This document shows, one piece after another, positions 40,010 through 49,879 of a DNA stretch of 64,000 nucleotides. The notes beneath the pieces were generated by a model. The model was not told the DNA's origin and ran no database searches. It worked only from the letters and a program-made list of their open reading frames with translations. Location: positions 1,590 through 65,589 of the forward strand of contig JAHDOV010000012.1 of NCBI GenBank assembly GCA_018434685.1, written 5' to 3'. The position numbers were made by a program, and so were the translations under genes. The stretch's first letter is position 1, and every line of letters starts with the position of its first letter. This DNA comes from Deltaproteobacteria bacterium. Lineage in GTDB: Bacteria; Desulfobacterota; Desulfomonilia; UBA1062.

Positions 40010-42348
40010 AAGGCAAACACACCCTTGCACTGATCCTTGCCATCCTGCCGGCATTGCTGTTTTCTCCAGCGGCCATGTGTACGGAGATCATGCCGCCTCC
40101 GGATAACCCGCTCCTCGAGGCCGTGAAAAAGGGCGATGTCGAAGAGGTGAACTCGATCCTCACAACACTTGAGGCCCGCAAGGGAGGGAACGGCCAAGGC
40201 ACTGATTCCGCAAAGCCTCTTGCGGGTTACGGCAGCGATGAGATAAACGAGAGAGGGAACTACGGCTACACCCCGCTGGCAACCGCTGCCAAAAACGGAA
40301 ACCTCGAGATCGTCCGGCTGCTTGCAGAGCACGGCGCGGCAATCGACGGGGTCGAGGGGGACAACGACAGAACGCCGCTCATGGAGGCAGCCTCGTACGG
40401 GCATGTGGAAGTAGTGACATACCTCATCTCCAAGGGCGCGGATGTGAACGTCAGGCGCAAAGGCCTCACGCCTCTGCTCGTGGCCTGCGACCACTTTTCG
40501 GTTCTGTCGGGCATGACCGGGGATAAGAAACAAACAGTCTCCCTCCTGCTCGAAAAAGGCGCCGACGTGAATGTGCAGGACGAATCATGGCTGAAATCCG
40601 GCATGACGCCGCTCATGTTCGCGGTGGCACAGGGAGACGCGGCACTGGTCCAGGCCATGATCGCCAGGGGCGCAAACCTGCAAACAAAGAACAGCACGGG
40701 AGACACCGCCCTGTCGCTCGCGAAGAGAGAAGGCCTGGAATATATCTCCGGACTGCTCGAAACGGCCGCAAGCACCCCTGACGGATCACGGCAGCAGGCA
40801 ACGGCCTCGCCCGATCCGCTCATCGAAGCCATAAAGCAGGGCAGCCTCGATGAGGTAACAGCCCTGGTGTCAAAAGGCGCAGACGTGAATGCCCGGACAA
40901 GCAGCGGCAGCACGCCGCTCATGTATGCCGCAAACAGGAACAGGCCCGACATCGTGGAATTCCTGCTCGGCAGGGGGGCCGAGGTAAACGCGAAGAACGG
41001 CACCAACGACACGGCCTTGATCCATGCCTCGGCAAAGGGATCTATGAAAGTTGCGGACATGCTTCTGCAAGGCAAAGCAGATCCGAACATCAAGAATATC
41101 AGCGGCGGAGATGCCCTCATCTACGCAGTCATGAATAAACACCTCGAGATGGTGGAACTCCTGCTCGCCTGCGGCGCGGAGATCGATGAACGCTACGACG
41201 ACGAAAAGACGGCCCTGATCATGGCCATCGAAGAAGGGGCTTTCAAGATCGCACTGACGCTGCTTGCCAAAGGTGCCGATGCAAATGCCCGGGATAATGA
41301 GCAGATGACCGCCCTGATCTATGCCTGCGACAAAGGAGATATCGCGACCGTGAAAGCCCTGGTCGCACAAGGCGCCCGCATAGACGCCAAATCGAAATAC
41401 AACAACACGGCCCTCGATACGGCGATCTCGAACAGGCATGTCGCGGTTGCGCGTTTCCTCATCGAGAACGGGGCGGATTTCAAATCCACTGGCGCGCTGT
41501 CATCCGCGGTCATTACGGGCAGCGTTGACATGGTGAAGTCTCTGGTGGAAAAAGGCGCGGATGTCAACGAGAAGGGCTCGGACGGCAGGACCCCTCTCAT
41601 CTATGCCGCAGCCGGCGAGCCGGGCATGGTGAAGTATCTCATTGCACAAGGAGCAGACGTCAACGCAAAGGACAACGAGGGGAAGACGGCCCTGATGGCT
41701 GCGGTGGAGTCGTTCGAGGAGTCGAAGCTGCAGACGGTCAAGCTCCTCCTGGAGCACGGCGCGGACTGCAATGCAGTGGGCGACAAGGGCGAGACAGCCC
41801 TCATCATGGCAGCGAAATGGGGCGACATTGAAACCGTGCAGATGCTCCTCGAAAAGGGAAGCAACGTTGCTGCACAGGACGAACAGTCAAAGACAGCCTG
41901 GACCTATGCCTTCGAGGGCGCTCACAGCGCCGTCACCGGCCTCCTGGAGAAAAAAGGCTCGCCGAAAGCCTACGACGGCGTCACCTGGGAGGGAAATTCC
42001 TCCAATCAGGAAGAAGAGTTCATCAAGGTGGTCGGAACAAAACAGGAGTGGGCCAATCTCTGGACGCGCGCATTCGATAAGCCTGCCCCTGATATGGATT
42101 TCGAGCACTATGCGGTTGCCTGCGTCTTCCTCGGACATTCCGCCTCCTGGCTCTATTCCATTGAACTCGGCAAGCCGGACGTGCGCGACAATCGCCTGGT
42201 CATCCCCTATGTGCTGATCGATGTCATGCTGAGGCTGAGCGGCCCGTTCAGGGCTGGCGGACAATACAGGATGACGGTCTTCGAAAAGAGACAAGGACTC
42301 GACATGATCCTCGAAAATACCACGGACCACTTCAGGATGGGCACATGA
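40006..42348 (+). CDS. Secreted ankyrin-repeat protein (~17 ANK repeats) with a unique ~130-aa C-terminal domain
   Basis: It has a signal peptide and repeated TPLMxAAxxGHxEVVxLLLxxGADVNA units. It overlaps the Kunitz gene stop (ATGA). Confidence 0.85.
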   Translation: MKGKHTLALILAILPALLFSPAAMCTEIMPPPDNPLLEAVKKGDVEEVNSILTTLEARKGGNGQGTDSAKPLAGYGSDEINERGNYGYTPLATAAKNGNLEIVRLLAEHGAAIDGVEGDNDRTPLMEAASYGHVEVVTYLISKGADVNVRRKGLTPLLVACDHFSVLSGMTGDKKQTVSLLLEKGADVNVQDESWLKSGMTPLMFAVAQGDAALVQAMIARGANLQTKNSTGDTALSLAKREGLEYISGLLETAASTPDGSRQQATASPDPLIEAIKQGSLDEVTALVSKGADVNARTSSGSTPLMYAANRNRPDIVEFLLGRGAEVNAKNGTNDTALIHASAKGSMKVADMLLQGKADPNIKNISGGDALIYAVMNKHLEMVELLLACGAEIDERYDDEKTALIMAIEEGAFKIALTLLAKGADANARDNEQMTALIYACDKGDIATVKALVAQGARIDAKSKYNNTALDTAISNRHVAVARFLIENGADFKSTGALSSAVITGSVDMVKSLVEKGADVNEKGSDGRTPLIYAAAGEPGMVKYLIAQGADVNAKDNEGKTALMAAVESFEESKLQTVKLLLEHGADCNAVGDKGETALIMAAKWGDIETVQMLLEKGSNVAAQDEQSKTAWTYAFEGAHSAVTGLLEKKGSPKAYDGVTWEGNSSNQEEEFIKVVGTKQEWANLWTRAFDKPAPDMDFEHYAVACVFLGHSASWLYSIELGKPDVRDNRLVIPYVLIDVMLRLSGPFRAGGQYRMTVFEKRQGLDMILENTTDHFRMGT

Positions 42349-42860
42349 GAGAGATAGCCTATACAACGCTGGGAAAAAACGCCCTGTCAACAGGGCTGGT
42401 CAGCCATATCACTGCCCTCCTCGCAGGCATGATGACCGTTTCCGGCGCCCAGACCTTCTTCTGCGCGGCATATGGTTTCGCCTGCCTGGCATTTGCCCTC
42501 GGCGCGTATGCAGAGCTGAAAGACAGAGGGTCTGCGCCGCTCAAGAGCTTGAGCTTCTATGCTGCCGCTGCCGCCTCAGTGCTGCCTCTCATCGGGCCCA
42601 TCGCCGCGCTGCTGATGCTTTATGCAGCCCAGGGCAACAGGAAGCAAGAGCCGTTCACGTTGTGGGGCATGCTCGCCGCCATTCCAAGACTGAAGGTGAA
42701 CTCCCTGGTTCTGTTTATCTTTCTGGCAATCCTTTTCATCTTTTTCGCGCTGTCAAACCGTCAGCACGACCCCTACTTCAACAAGATGAAAAACCAGACA
42801 AGGGGACATATTGATATTCAGGAAACAGTCAATAATAAAGCTGCCCAATTTCTTGCCTGA
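42345..42860 (+). CDS. Hypothetical 4-TM membrane protein, translationally coupled to the ankyrin gene
   Basis: It overlaps the ankyrin gene stop (ATGA) and is hydrophobic. Confidence 0.6.
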   Translation: MREIAYTTLGKNALSTGLVSHITALLAGMMTVSGAQTFFCAAYGFACLAFALGAYAELKDRGSAPLKSLSFYAAAAASVLPLIGPIAALLMLYAAQGNRKQEPFTLWGMLAAIPRLKVNSLVLFIFLAILFIFFALSNRQHDPYFNKMKNQTRGHIDIQETVNNKAAQFLA

Positions 42861-43198
42861 TATGGTTGCGTTAGGTCTGCAGAGATAATACAGCCGGTTA
42901 CCGCTTGCTGTCCTGGCCCCATCTCATTACCGCAGGGGGTTTGGTACCGGACAACAGAGGCCCTGCCGCCGTCTTACAGCCTGTCATGCCGCAACGAAAA
43001 GATAAATCACGATCAGAGCATCAAAGACTTGACTTGATTTCAAGACTACACTAGTATTTCAGAAATACACTATCCTGCTATGAGACCGTGATTTTACCTT
43101 GAACTAAGCATCTTGATATATTGGGCGACTCATTTGTGTGACAGAAGCACTGATGATTATATCAGTGATCTGAAACAGTCATATAAGGAGGAGGGTTT

Positions 43199-43909
43199 AT
43201 GAAACTAGTCAGGATGTTATTGGTACTCGGCATCTTAGCAGGGATGACCCTGGCCACGACTGGATGCTCATTCGATTTCCATAATCCCAGAGCGGATGAG
43301 TATGATGTCCAGATCGTAGGCGATTCGGTGTTTGATTTATCCGGAGATATCCACGATGTCTTAAAGATATTATCCGGCAAAAGCTACAAAGACAGGTCGG
43401 TGAGCGGTGCCAAGATTGCCGCCATCGAGAGTCAGCTGAACACAGCACTCACCAGGACGACGCTGAAGACGGTCATCGCCGACGGCGGCGCCAATGACAT
43501 CCTTCAGGGAACCGCAGACTGCGATTCAGATCCGTTGACCCTGGGATGCATCGATGTCCTCGACTACCTCGGCGACAGGATGGAGGTCATGATCAACAAC
43601 ATGTACAACAAGTCGCCCAACGACTGCACGTGGCTCGGCTATTATCATGTGAAGGGCTCCGAGATAGAAAAGAACGAGGCCATCGACTATGCCTACGACT
43701 GGATCTATCCGGGAATCTTCCCCTCCTACTTGTCCACGTACCCCACCGTCTACATCGGCACCGATTACAAGGCCCTCCTCATAGACTCGAGGCCTGACAT
43801 CCTGCCCATTCACATAAAATCGGACGATATCCATCCCACGTATGACGGCTCGGTGATTCTGGCCAACCTCATCTGGGATGCAATGGTAGAAGGATCAATG
43901 TATCGCTGA
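43199..43909 (+). CDS. SGNH/GDSL hydrolase family lipoprotein
   Basis: It has a lipobox (LATTGC), GDS block I (IVGDSVFD), block III (GGAND) and block V (DDIHPT). It follows a aggaggag RBS. Confidence 0.75.
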   Translation: MKLVRMLLVLGILAGMTLATTGCSFDFHNPRADEYDVQIVGDSVFDLSGDIHDVLKILSGKSYKDRSVSGAKIAAIESQLNTALTRTTLKTVIADGGANDILQGTADCDSDPLTLGCIDVLDYLGDRMEVMINNMYNKSPNDCTWLGYYHVKGSEIEKNEAIDYAYDWIYPGIFPSYLSTYPTVYIGTDYKALLIDSRPDILPIHIKSDDIHPTYDGSVILANLIWDAMVEGSMYR

Positions 43910-44078
43910 GGTGATGAGACTCCCGGCTTGAGGGTGGGGCAGCGCTTCCTTTCCCCGGGAGCGTTGCCCCCCAGGCCGTCCCGTTCCCCGGGGCCGCCTG
44001 GGCGGTTCGTGGCGTACGCGATGACAGGGTTCACGGGGACGGCACTACCAGGGTGATGACATCGAACAGACACGAGCA

Positions 44079-44747
44079 ATGAGCAAAAAGACTATCCTGC
44101 TTATCCTGACCGGCGTTGTGCTGCTCGTCAGCGGGTTTTATTTTTTTATCTCAGAGGGACCGGAGCCTTCTCCCATTGTCAAAGAGCGGCCTGCGCCGCC
44201 GCCGACCGCTTGGCACAAGAAAGCCCTGCCCCCAAGAGAGGTCGTCGTTCCCGAGGACCAGGTTGAACCCGAGTATCAGGAGATAGAGAGTGAACCGGAA
44301 GCCATAGTCGAGCCTCCGACAGACATTGAAGAAATCAAGAAACAGATCTACGAGCTCGAGATCGAGTATGTGGAAGATCTCTCGCTGCTCGACGGAGTGG
44401 TCCAGACCGGAGACGCACCCACGGAAGATTTCTGGCTGGGCGGCTGGGTGAGCGTGGATGACTGGAAAGAGGAGACCAACGGCTTCAACCTGGAGCCCCA
44501 GGACGACGGCACCTACATCTTCTACCCGGACGAGGCAACCACCAGGACCTATACCTTCTTCGAGACCCCGAAGACCTACCAGTACGACCCTGAGAAGAAG
44601 GTATTTTACTGGGAAATAGATTATTACGGCAAGACCATCTCCCACGTAGCCCGCTTTATCAACGACAATGTCCTTGCCACCATGCTCATCAGCGGTGACA
44701 AGGTGACGCTGGATATCTACCGGAAGCAAGCTGCCAAGAGCGAGTAA
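44079..44747 (+). CDS. Hypothetical membrane-anchored protein with an acidic Pro/Glu-rich linker
   Basis: An N-terminal TM helix and a PEP-rich segment are followed by a globular C-terminal part. Confidence 0.55.
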   Translation: MSKKTILLILTGVVLLVSGFYFFISEGPEPSPIVKERPAPPPTAWHKKALPPREVVVPEDQVEPEYQEIESEPEAIVEPPTDIEEIKKQIYELEIEYVEDLSLLDGVVQTGDAPTEDFWLGGWVSVDDWKEETNGFNLEPQDDGTYIFYPDEATTRTYTFFETPKTYQYDPEKKVFYWEIDYYGKTISHVARFINDNVLATMLISGDKVTLDIYRKQAAKSE

Positions 44748-44749
44748 TC

Positions 44750-45526
44750 CTACCCGTCGGTCAACTTGCCCTGCACGCGGATCATGAACTGCGGCCGGGC
44801 CGGGTTGTCTGTCTGCACATAGATGGTATCCCGAATCACCCCGGCCTCTTTCCTCGTGTTCTTTGCCCAGATGAGGTATCCCTTCTTGTCATCCTGCGTT
44901 ATCTCCCGGTATCCGTACGTGATGAAGATCCCCCTCTTGGCCTTGAGGGCGGTTATCTGAAACGGATACTCAGCAACAGGAATGACGACTGATGAGCCCT
45001 CGATTTCAGTGCGCCACGGCCCGCTCAACATGATGGTGTGCTCCGAGATATCGGCGAATTTCTTCACGAAGCAGGAGATGTCGATTGTCCATTCCGGGTG
45101 CTCGGGATCATTGGTCATCGCGCGGATGGTGCCCCGTATCTCCTCCCCGCCGCGGCGGTTGGTCAGGAGCACCGTCTTGATGACGCCCTCCTTCCCGGCA
45201 GGTATCATCTGGCTATAAGATTCCACCAGGCTACCGCAGCATGCCTCTACCTTTTTCAGCTCGAGCACGGTGTCCAAGGTGTTCCGGACAATGAAATCGT
45301 GCCTGACCATATCGAACTGCAGGACCGGTTCAAATTCATAGGAGCTCTCCGGTGCATCTACCACAGATTTTGAATACACAGGCTTTTCAGGGATGCCGAA
45401 ATAGAAGGGGTCTTCTTTCATTTCTTTAGCCGGGTAGTTATCAGTGATTGCGCACCAGCCCCATGAAAGAATGATCACTCCTGCCACGCCCAACAATAGA
45501 GATATAAGGACTACCCTTTTTTTCAT
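44750..45526 (-). CDS. DUF1573 domain-containing protein
   Basis: It has a signal/TM helix, a DUF1573-like core (YEFEPVLQFDMVRHDFIVRNT...CCGS) and a second similar repeat. Confidence 0.6.
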   Translation of the reverse strand: MKKRVVLISLLLGVAGVIILSWGWCAITDNYPAKEMKEDPFYFGIPEKPVYSKSVVDAPESSYEFEPVLQFDMVRHDFIVRNTLDTVLELKKVEACCGSLVESYSQMIPAGKEGVIKTVLLTNRRGGEEIRGTIRAMTNDPEHPEWTIDISCFVKKFADISEHTIMLSGPWRTEIEGSSVVIPVAEYPFQITALKAKRGIFITYGYREITQDDKKGYLIWAKNTRKEAGVIRDTIYVQTDNPARPQFMIRVQGKLTDG

Positions 45527-45779
45527 GACACCCCCCTTTCCAATCAGGAAAACACAACAATCAAAAAACTCACTTTATGACAAAAAGTATGTCTCCATAT
45601 TTACTACAACGGAATAAGTATTTCAACGTGCCATGAGTTCAAAGATAGAGGCGGGAGGGGATACCTGAGAAGGCTGCCACGCATATTCCATACTGTCTCC
45701 TGCCCCATCCACCCGGAAAAACAATCACCGCAGCAAGGGTTATCCGGAATGCCTATGTCATGCCCGCCCGGTAGACAGT

Positions 45780-45995
45780 CGTATAATCCTTTGACAAGAC
45801 AAGAAAACAGCGCTAGATATCAGCTACATACACCTTCTGGAATTTCCGCACCTGTGATTTTTTACCTGGATAACCATGATGAACTGTTTGATGAGTGCAC
45901 ACACAATACCCATCTGCACCCCTGATGCACGGAGTGCGTGTTTTTTCAGGCGCTAGGCTCTCGGCGCTGGGTTGAAGGAACAACTCCATTGCCCT
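45780..45995 (+). repeat. Copy A of a ~210-bp repeat carrying an outward-facing sigma70 promoter
   Basis: It is about 93% identical to 49268..49490. Confidence 0.75.
45791..45819 (+). promoter_or_regulatory. Pc-like sigma70 promoter, copy A (TTGACA-17-TAGATA) facing the cassette ORFs
   Basis: A consensus -35 TTGACA at 45791 is followed by a 17-nt spacer and a TAGATA -10 element. A perfect TATAAT lies just upstream at 45783. Confidence 0.45.
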
Positions 45996-46133
45996 GCAGA
46001 AGGGAAAGGAAGTCATTTGGAATATAATATTGGTTTAATATAGTTGTAATTGCTTGCCTGATAGCCTGTTCGCCTACAGGATTTAGGTATAGTAATTGTT
46101 ATAAGCCCATATCTAATTTGATAGGAGTCAAAT

Positions 46134-46607
46134 ATGAGGTTATCGATCAATCTTATTGATGATGAGGTGGAAAAAGCAAAAATCGGTTATAAGACTGCTA
46201 CAAGCATGATTAAAATACTGGGTCAAGAAATTTACAGTAGGTTTAATGCAATGCTTATGGCAAACAGCATCATTATAGCAGTATATGGGTTTATTTTTTC
46301 AGAAAAAACCAACTTGCCAGACTTTTTTAAAATATTGTTACCTATCTTTGGAATCGTACTATGCTTTTTATGGTTTGTGTTTATTAACAATGGGATTCAC
46401 CGACACAGACAATATAGGAAAGAAGCTGAAAGATTAGAAGAAACATATTTCAATTCCACCTTTCACTTGTTTCGGATCAATTATGCAAACGATCCATGTC
46501 TTCTGAAGTGTTTCAGATTCAGACGTTTATCGATATTTGTGATAGATATTTTCGTGCTTTTGCATTTATCTGTACTTCTCTATAGTTGTCATAAACTTCT
46601 ACTTTAA
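46134..46607 (+). CDS. Cassette ORF: hypothetical membrane protein (157 aa)
   Basis: A low-GC ORF followed by an attC-like site. Confidence 0.5.
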   Translation: MRLSINLIDDEVEKAKIGYKTATSMIKILGQEIYSRFNAMLMANSIIIAVYGFIFSEKTNLPDFFKILLPIFGIVLCFLWFVFINNGIHRHRQYRKEAERLEETYFNSTFHLFRINYANDPCLLKCFRFRRLSIFVIDIFVLLHLSVLLYSCHKLLL

Positions 46608-46611
46608 AGAG

Positions 46612-46672
46612 CTTATAACAAGCCACTTCAGCCGACGGCCTACGGCCGCGGCTGACCGGCACGTTATGCGTT
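46612..46672 (+). repeat. attC-like recombination site
   Basis: The sequence TATAACaagccacttcagccgacggcctacggccgcggctgaccggcacGTTATgc has complementary ends and internal imperfect inverted repeats. Confidence 0.55.
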
Positions 46673-46680
46673 AATGGAGT

Positions 46681-47256
46681 ATGAATAATATGCAAAAGAA
46701 TATACTGAGCATTCTTTTCATTTTTGTTTTGTTATTAGTGATCGCAGTCTCAGTAATTCAAAATGATTCCTTATCAGTTTCTGATGCTATTTACGCCCTC
46801 ACCGCATTGATAATTCTTTGGTATTCATACGAGACGGCAATAATGCGTAACGAGATGATTAAACAGAATAGAATGTTAATGAGGCCGGTCTTAAATATAA
46901 AATTGGATAATAATAATGTTTTTTATAATAACGATGGTTCGGGACCTGCTCTCAATATTAAAGTTACTGACTTCAAGCCGACTATTAAAACTTCCACAGA
47001 TAATACTTATTACGAAATACAACCAGTCTCATATATTCCTCAGGGTGGTAGTGATAAAATCATCATTCATAGTGGTAATTCTGAAACCGGGGCAAAAGGT
47101 ACTGTTCCAGAAACTGACATGTTTTTTGGAGTTGGGAAGCAAGTTCAAATTACTATCGTATATGAGGATATGGAAGGCACTGAATACGAAACCAAGATCA
47201 CAACTAATTCAGGTAACGTTAATAGTGTTTCATTCAAAAGGTTAAAAAGCGCATAA
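46681..47256 (+). CDS. Cassette ORF: hypothetical membrane-anchored protein (191 aa)
   Basis: A low-GC ORF bounded by attC-like sites. Confidence 0.5.
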   Translation: MNNMQKNILSILFIFVLLLVIAVSVIQNDSLSVSDAIYALTALIILWYSYETAIMRNEMIKQNRMLMRPVLNIKLDNNNVFYNNDGSGPALNIKVTDFKPTIKTSTDNTYYEIQPVSYIPQGGSDKIIIHSGNSETGAKGTVPETDMFFGVGKQVQITIVYEDMEGTEYETKITTNSGNVNSVSFKRLKSA

Positions 47257-47310
47257 CCAGGTCATCCACCGGACGGCTTATAGCCGCCGGTGATGCCCAC
47301 GTTATGAAGA
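47252..47310 (+). repeat. attC-like recombination site
   Basis: The sequence cATAACcaggtcatccaccggacggcttatagccgccggtgatgcccacGTTATga has a caccggacggc/gccgccggtg stem with unpaired bases. Confidence 0.55.
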
Positions 47311-47343
47311 CAATTATCTCAGCTGTACTTTTGAAAGTGATAA

Positions 47344-48201
47344 ATGAACTCCTTCAGTACTAGAGAAATAGCCGTTTCGTTCTGGACCATCGCCTTTTTT
47401 GGATTGGCTCTCTCCACAAAGGGTGTGCGGGAGAACGCTTTGGCACTGGTTAGGCAAGCTTTCCTCTCTAAGCTAATTTTAGTATGGTTGTCATTAGCTT
47501 TATATTCTGTGATCTTGGTTCTCTGTTTTCGAGAACTGGGCTTTTGGACAATCGGCCTTCTTAAAGACACACTAATCTGGTTTGTATTTTGCGCCTTAAC
47601 GTATCCTTTTCAGTTCCACGACCCACAGAAAACACCCCGAGTACTCAGGATACTCATACGCGACAGCTTGTCCGTACTCATTGTTGTTGAAATCCTTGTG
47701 GAAACGTATACGTTCTCATTGCCGATCGAATTAATTATTGTTCCTACCGCTACTTTTATCGCGACGATGGGTGCGGTAGCCGAGATGCGAGAGGATCACA
47801 AGCCAGTCGCCAAAATACTTGGCAATATTCAAGCGATCTTAGGATTCGTCCTCATCGCGATTGTGGTTAGACGGGCAGCAACAGATCCATACCACAGTTT
47901 TGTTGCGGCACTTTTATCTTCGTTGATTGTTGTGGTTCTAAGCCTCTCGACATGGCCCTATATTTGCTCTCTGCGGTTTGTTTTCGCATATGAAGGAATG
48001 TTGTGGCGGATTGGCTGGAAGAAAAACGTATCCAGGGTATTCAAACACTTTGCGGTATTTCGCATCATGCGGCACCTTAAGTACCGGTCGACGGCGGTTG
48101 CACCTTTCATTCGCAGGAACGCCTTCAAGCTAAATGATGTTGTCGATAAGAATAGTCTTGAAGCACTTTTGAGTGAGGACCGGAATAGGGCAAGTGAATA
48201 A
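47344..48201 (+). CDS. Cassette ORF: hypothetical polytopic membrane protein (285 aa)
   Basis: A low-GC ORF. Confidence 0.5.
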   Translation: MNSFSTREIAVSFWTIAFFGLALSTKGVRENALALVRQAFLSKLILVWLSLALYSVILVLCFRELGFWTIGLLKDTLIWFVFCALTYPFQFHDPQKTPRVLRILIRDSLSVLIVVEILVETYTFSLPIELIIVPTATFIATMGAVAEMREDHKPVAKILGNIQAILGFVLIAIVVRRAATDPYHSFVAALLSSLIVVVLSLSTWPYICSLRFVFAYEGMLWRIGWKKNVSRVFKHFAVFRIMRHLKYRSTAVAPFIRRNAFKLNDVVDKNSLEALLSEDRNRASE

Positions 48202-48204
48202 ATA

Positions 48205-48345
48205 ATCGGGGTAAATAAATGGGGTCGGCATAAATAAATGGGGACGAGAAACTGGGAGTCAGGTCTTGCATTATAACATTTTCATCACCCCTGTTTATTA
48301 ATGTGGCACTGCAAAACCTGAGCCCATCTTTTTAGGAGGTTTTAT
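48205..48345 (+). repeat. Composite element: MITE-TIR footprints (aaataaatggggtcgg, two copies) plus a long attC-like palindrome
   Basis: A 14-bp inverted repeat, gtcaggtcttgca ... tgcaa(a/g)acctga(g/c)cc, flanks a ~40-nt spacer at a cassette boundary. Confidence 0.45.
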
Positions 48346-48346
48346 T

Positions 48347-49078
48347 ATGGTTGCTCTATTAATTATTTCTGCATTTATTATACAGTTTTTAATTTTATTT
48401 TTGTTTAAAGAAGCTAATACAATCAAAAGGGCATTTATTAATATTATTATTAACACATGCATACTTATAATTACTCTATCTTTTATAGAAAACCATGATA
48501 CTAAAGGTGCAATAGTAATAATATGTGTGTTTTCTTATTTTTTTAGCGGCATATTAATTTATTTCGGATTAATATCTAACACAGAATCTCAAGCTAATAA
48601 TGCGATACCTGACCAAACAAACAAAACAAATCGTAATTATGCTAAAGCTTACCCGTCTAAATTATTTCCTGACTATCCTATAAGACCTCAAAATATTTTC
48701 ATTTTAGATGAACCGATTTGGGACCAGAGTTTGGCCAACATAAGTATGATAGGTCTTTGCATCACCAATGAATTCCAAGTGTGGAAGAATAGCGTCGGTA
48801 ATTATAAGTGGCCATCTTATGCTAATGAAGAACTTTCAGCGCTGATTAATGCATATCATCAAATGCAAGCGAAAGTGCCAAATGGAATAACTCATACCGT
48901 AAATGTTCAGGAGGTGAGAAAGTTAGCTATGTCTTATATAAATCTCTTAAGGAATGATGATGTTCTTTACAGTGAATTTATGGCAGGGCAAATAACCTTG
49001 TTCAATTTATCACTTGACTTTGCAAATACCATAGCTTGCGGTGGAACATTACAAACCAGTTTAGAATGGTATGGCTAA
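48347..49078 (+). CDS. Cassette ORF: hypothetical membrane protein (243 aa)
   Basis: A low-GC ORF (~30% GC) following a taggagg RBS. Confidence 0.5.
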   Translation: MVALLIISAFIIQFLILFLFKEANTIKRAFINIIINTCILIITLSFIENHDTKGAIVIICVFSYFFSGILIYFGLISNTESQANNAIPDQTNKTNRNYAKAYPSKLFPDYPIRPQNIFILDEPIWDQSLANISMIGLCITNEFQVWKNSVGNYKWPSYANEELSALINAYHQMQAKVPNGITHTVNVQEVRKLAMSYINLLRNDDVLYSEFMAGQITLFNLSLDFANTIACGGTLQTSLEWYG

Positions 49079-49099
49079 TTTACAAGATACACAATTGGA

Positions 49100-49185
49100 A
49101 CCCGGGCTTATGGGGTCAGGTCTTGCATTATAACATTTTTATCATCCCTGCTTATAAATGTGGCATTGCAAGACCTGACCCCACC
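49100..49185 (+). repeat. Long palindromic attC-like element
   Basis: The structure is ggggtcaggtcttgca-N40-tgcaagacctgacccc. Related copies occur at 48265 and 58160. Confidence 0.45.
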
Positions 49186-49267
49186 TTTCCAAGGAATACA
49201 GTAATATAAGGGAGAAACAGGGGACGTCCCCTACATGCACCACGGACGTCCCCTACATCCCCGACTG

Positions 49268-49490
49268 ACAGCCGCATAATCCTTTGACAAAACAGGAAAA
49301 CAGCGCTAGATATTAGCTACATACACCTTCTGGAATTTCCGCACCTGTGATTTTTTACCTGGATAACCATGATGAACTGTTTGATGAGTGCACACACAAT
49401 ACCCGTCTGCACCCCTGATGCACGGAGTGTGTGTTTTTGAGGCGCTGGGCACCAGGCGCCGGGTTGAGGGAATCGCTCCATTGCCTGGCA
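49268..49490 (+). repeat. Copy B of the ~210-bp promoter-bearing repeat, lying 3' of the IntI remnant
   Basis: Near-identical to 45780..45995. TTGACA is at 49284 and TAGATA at 49307. Confidence 0.75.
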
Positions 49491-49541
49491 GAATCGCTGT
49501 AGGAGCGGCTTCAGCCGCGACAATCCGAGAACTATGCAGTT

Positions 49542-49763
49542 CCCCCTGTTCATGACATGGGTGTAGATCATGGTGGTGTTCACGCTCTTGTAGCCGAGCA
49601 GTCCCTGCACTCTACGGATGTCATACCCGTCTTCCAGCAGCCTCGTGGCAAAGCTGTGGCGGAAGGTGTAGCAAGCGATGGGTTTATGGATCGTGGCTTT
49701 TTTCGCAGCTGATTCTACCGCCTTTTGAAGGCTGCCTGCATCTATGTGATGACGCAATGTGCA
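49542..49763 (-). pseudogene. intI: Integron-integrase-like tyrosine recombinase, C-terminal catalytic fragment only (5'-truncated)
   Basis: The fragment [64 protein letters not shown] carries the box II HxxR...Y region, closely matching the IntI/XerD consensus RHSFAT.LL.(S/E)[20 protein letters not shown]. The N-terminal ~250 aa are absent. Confidence 0.6.
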
Positions 49764-49879
49764 TTTTTTAAAATACGGTTTCATTCCGTAAAATGTAATA
49801 TATATCACAAAATACGGAATGGTTCCGTATAGTAATTGTTGGCCTTATGAACCACAGTTTGATTTGAAGGAGGCTCCTC

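Noticed and set aside
40266-41120. A 284-aa minus-strand ORF
   Set aside because: It is antisense to the ankyrin-repeat gene.
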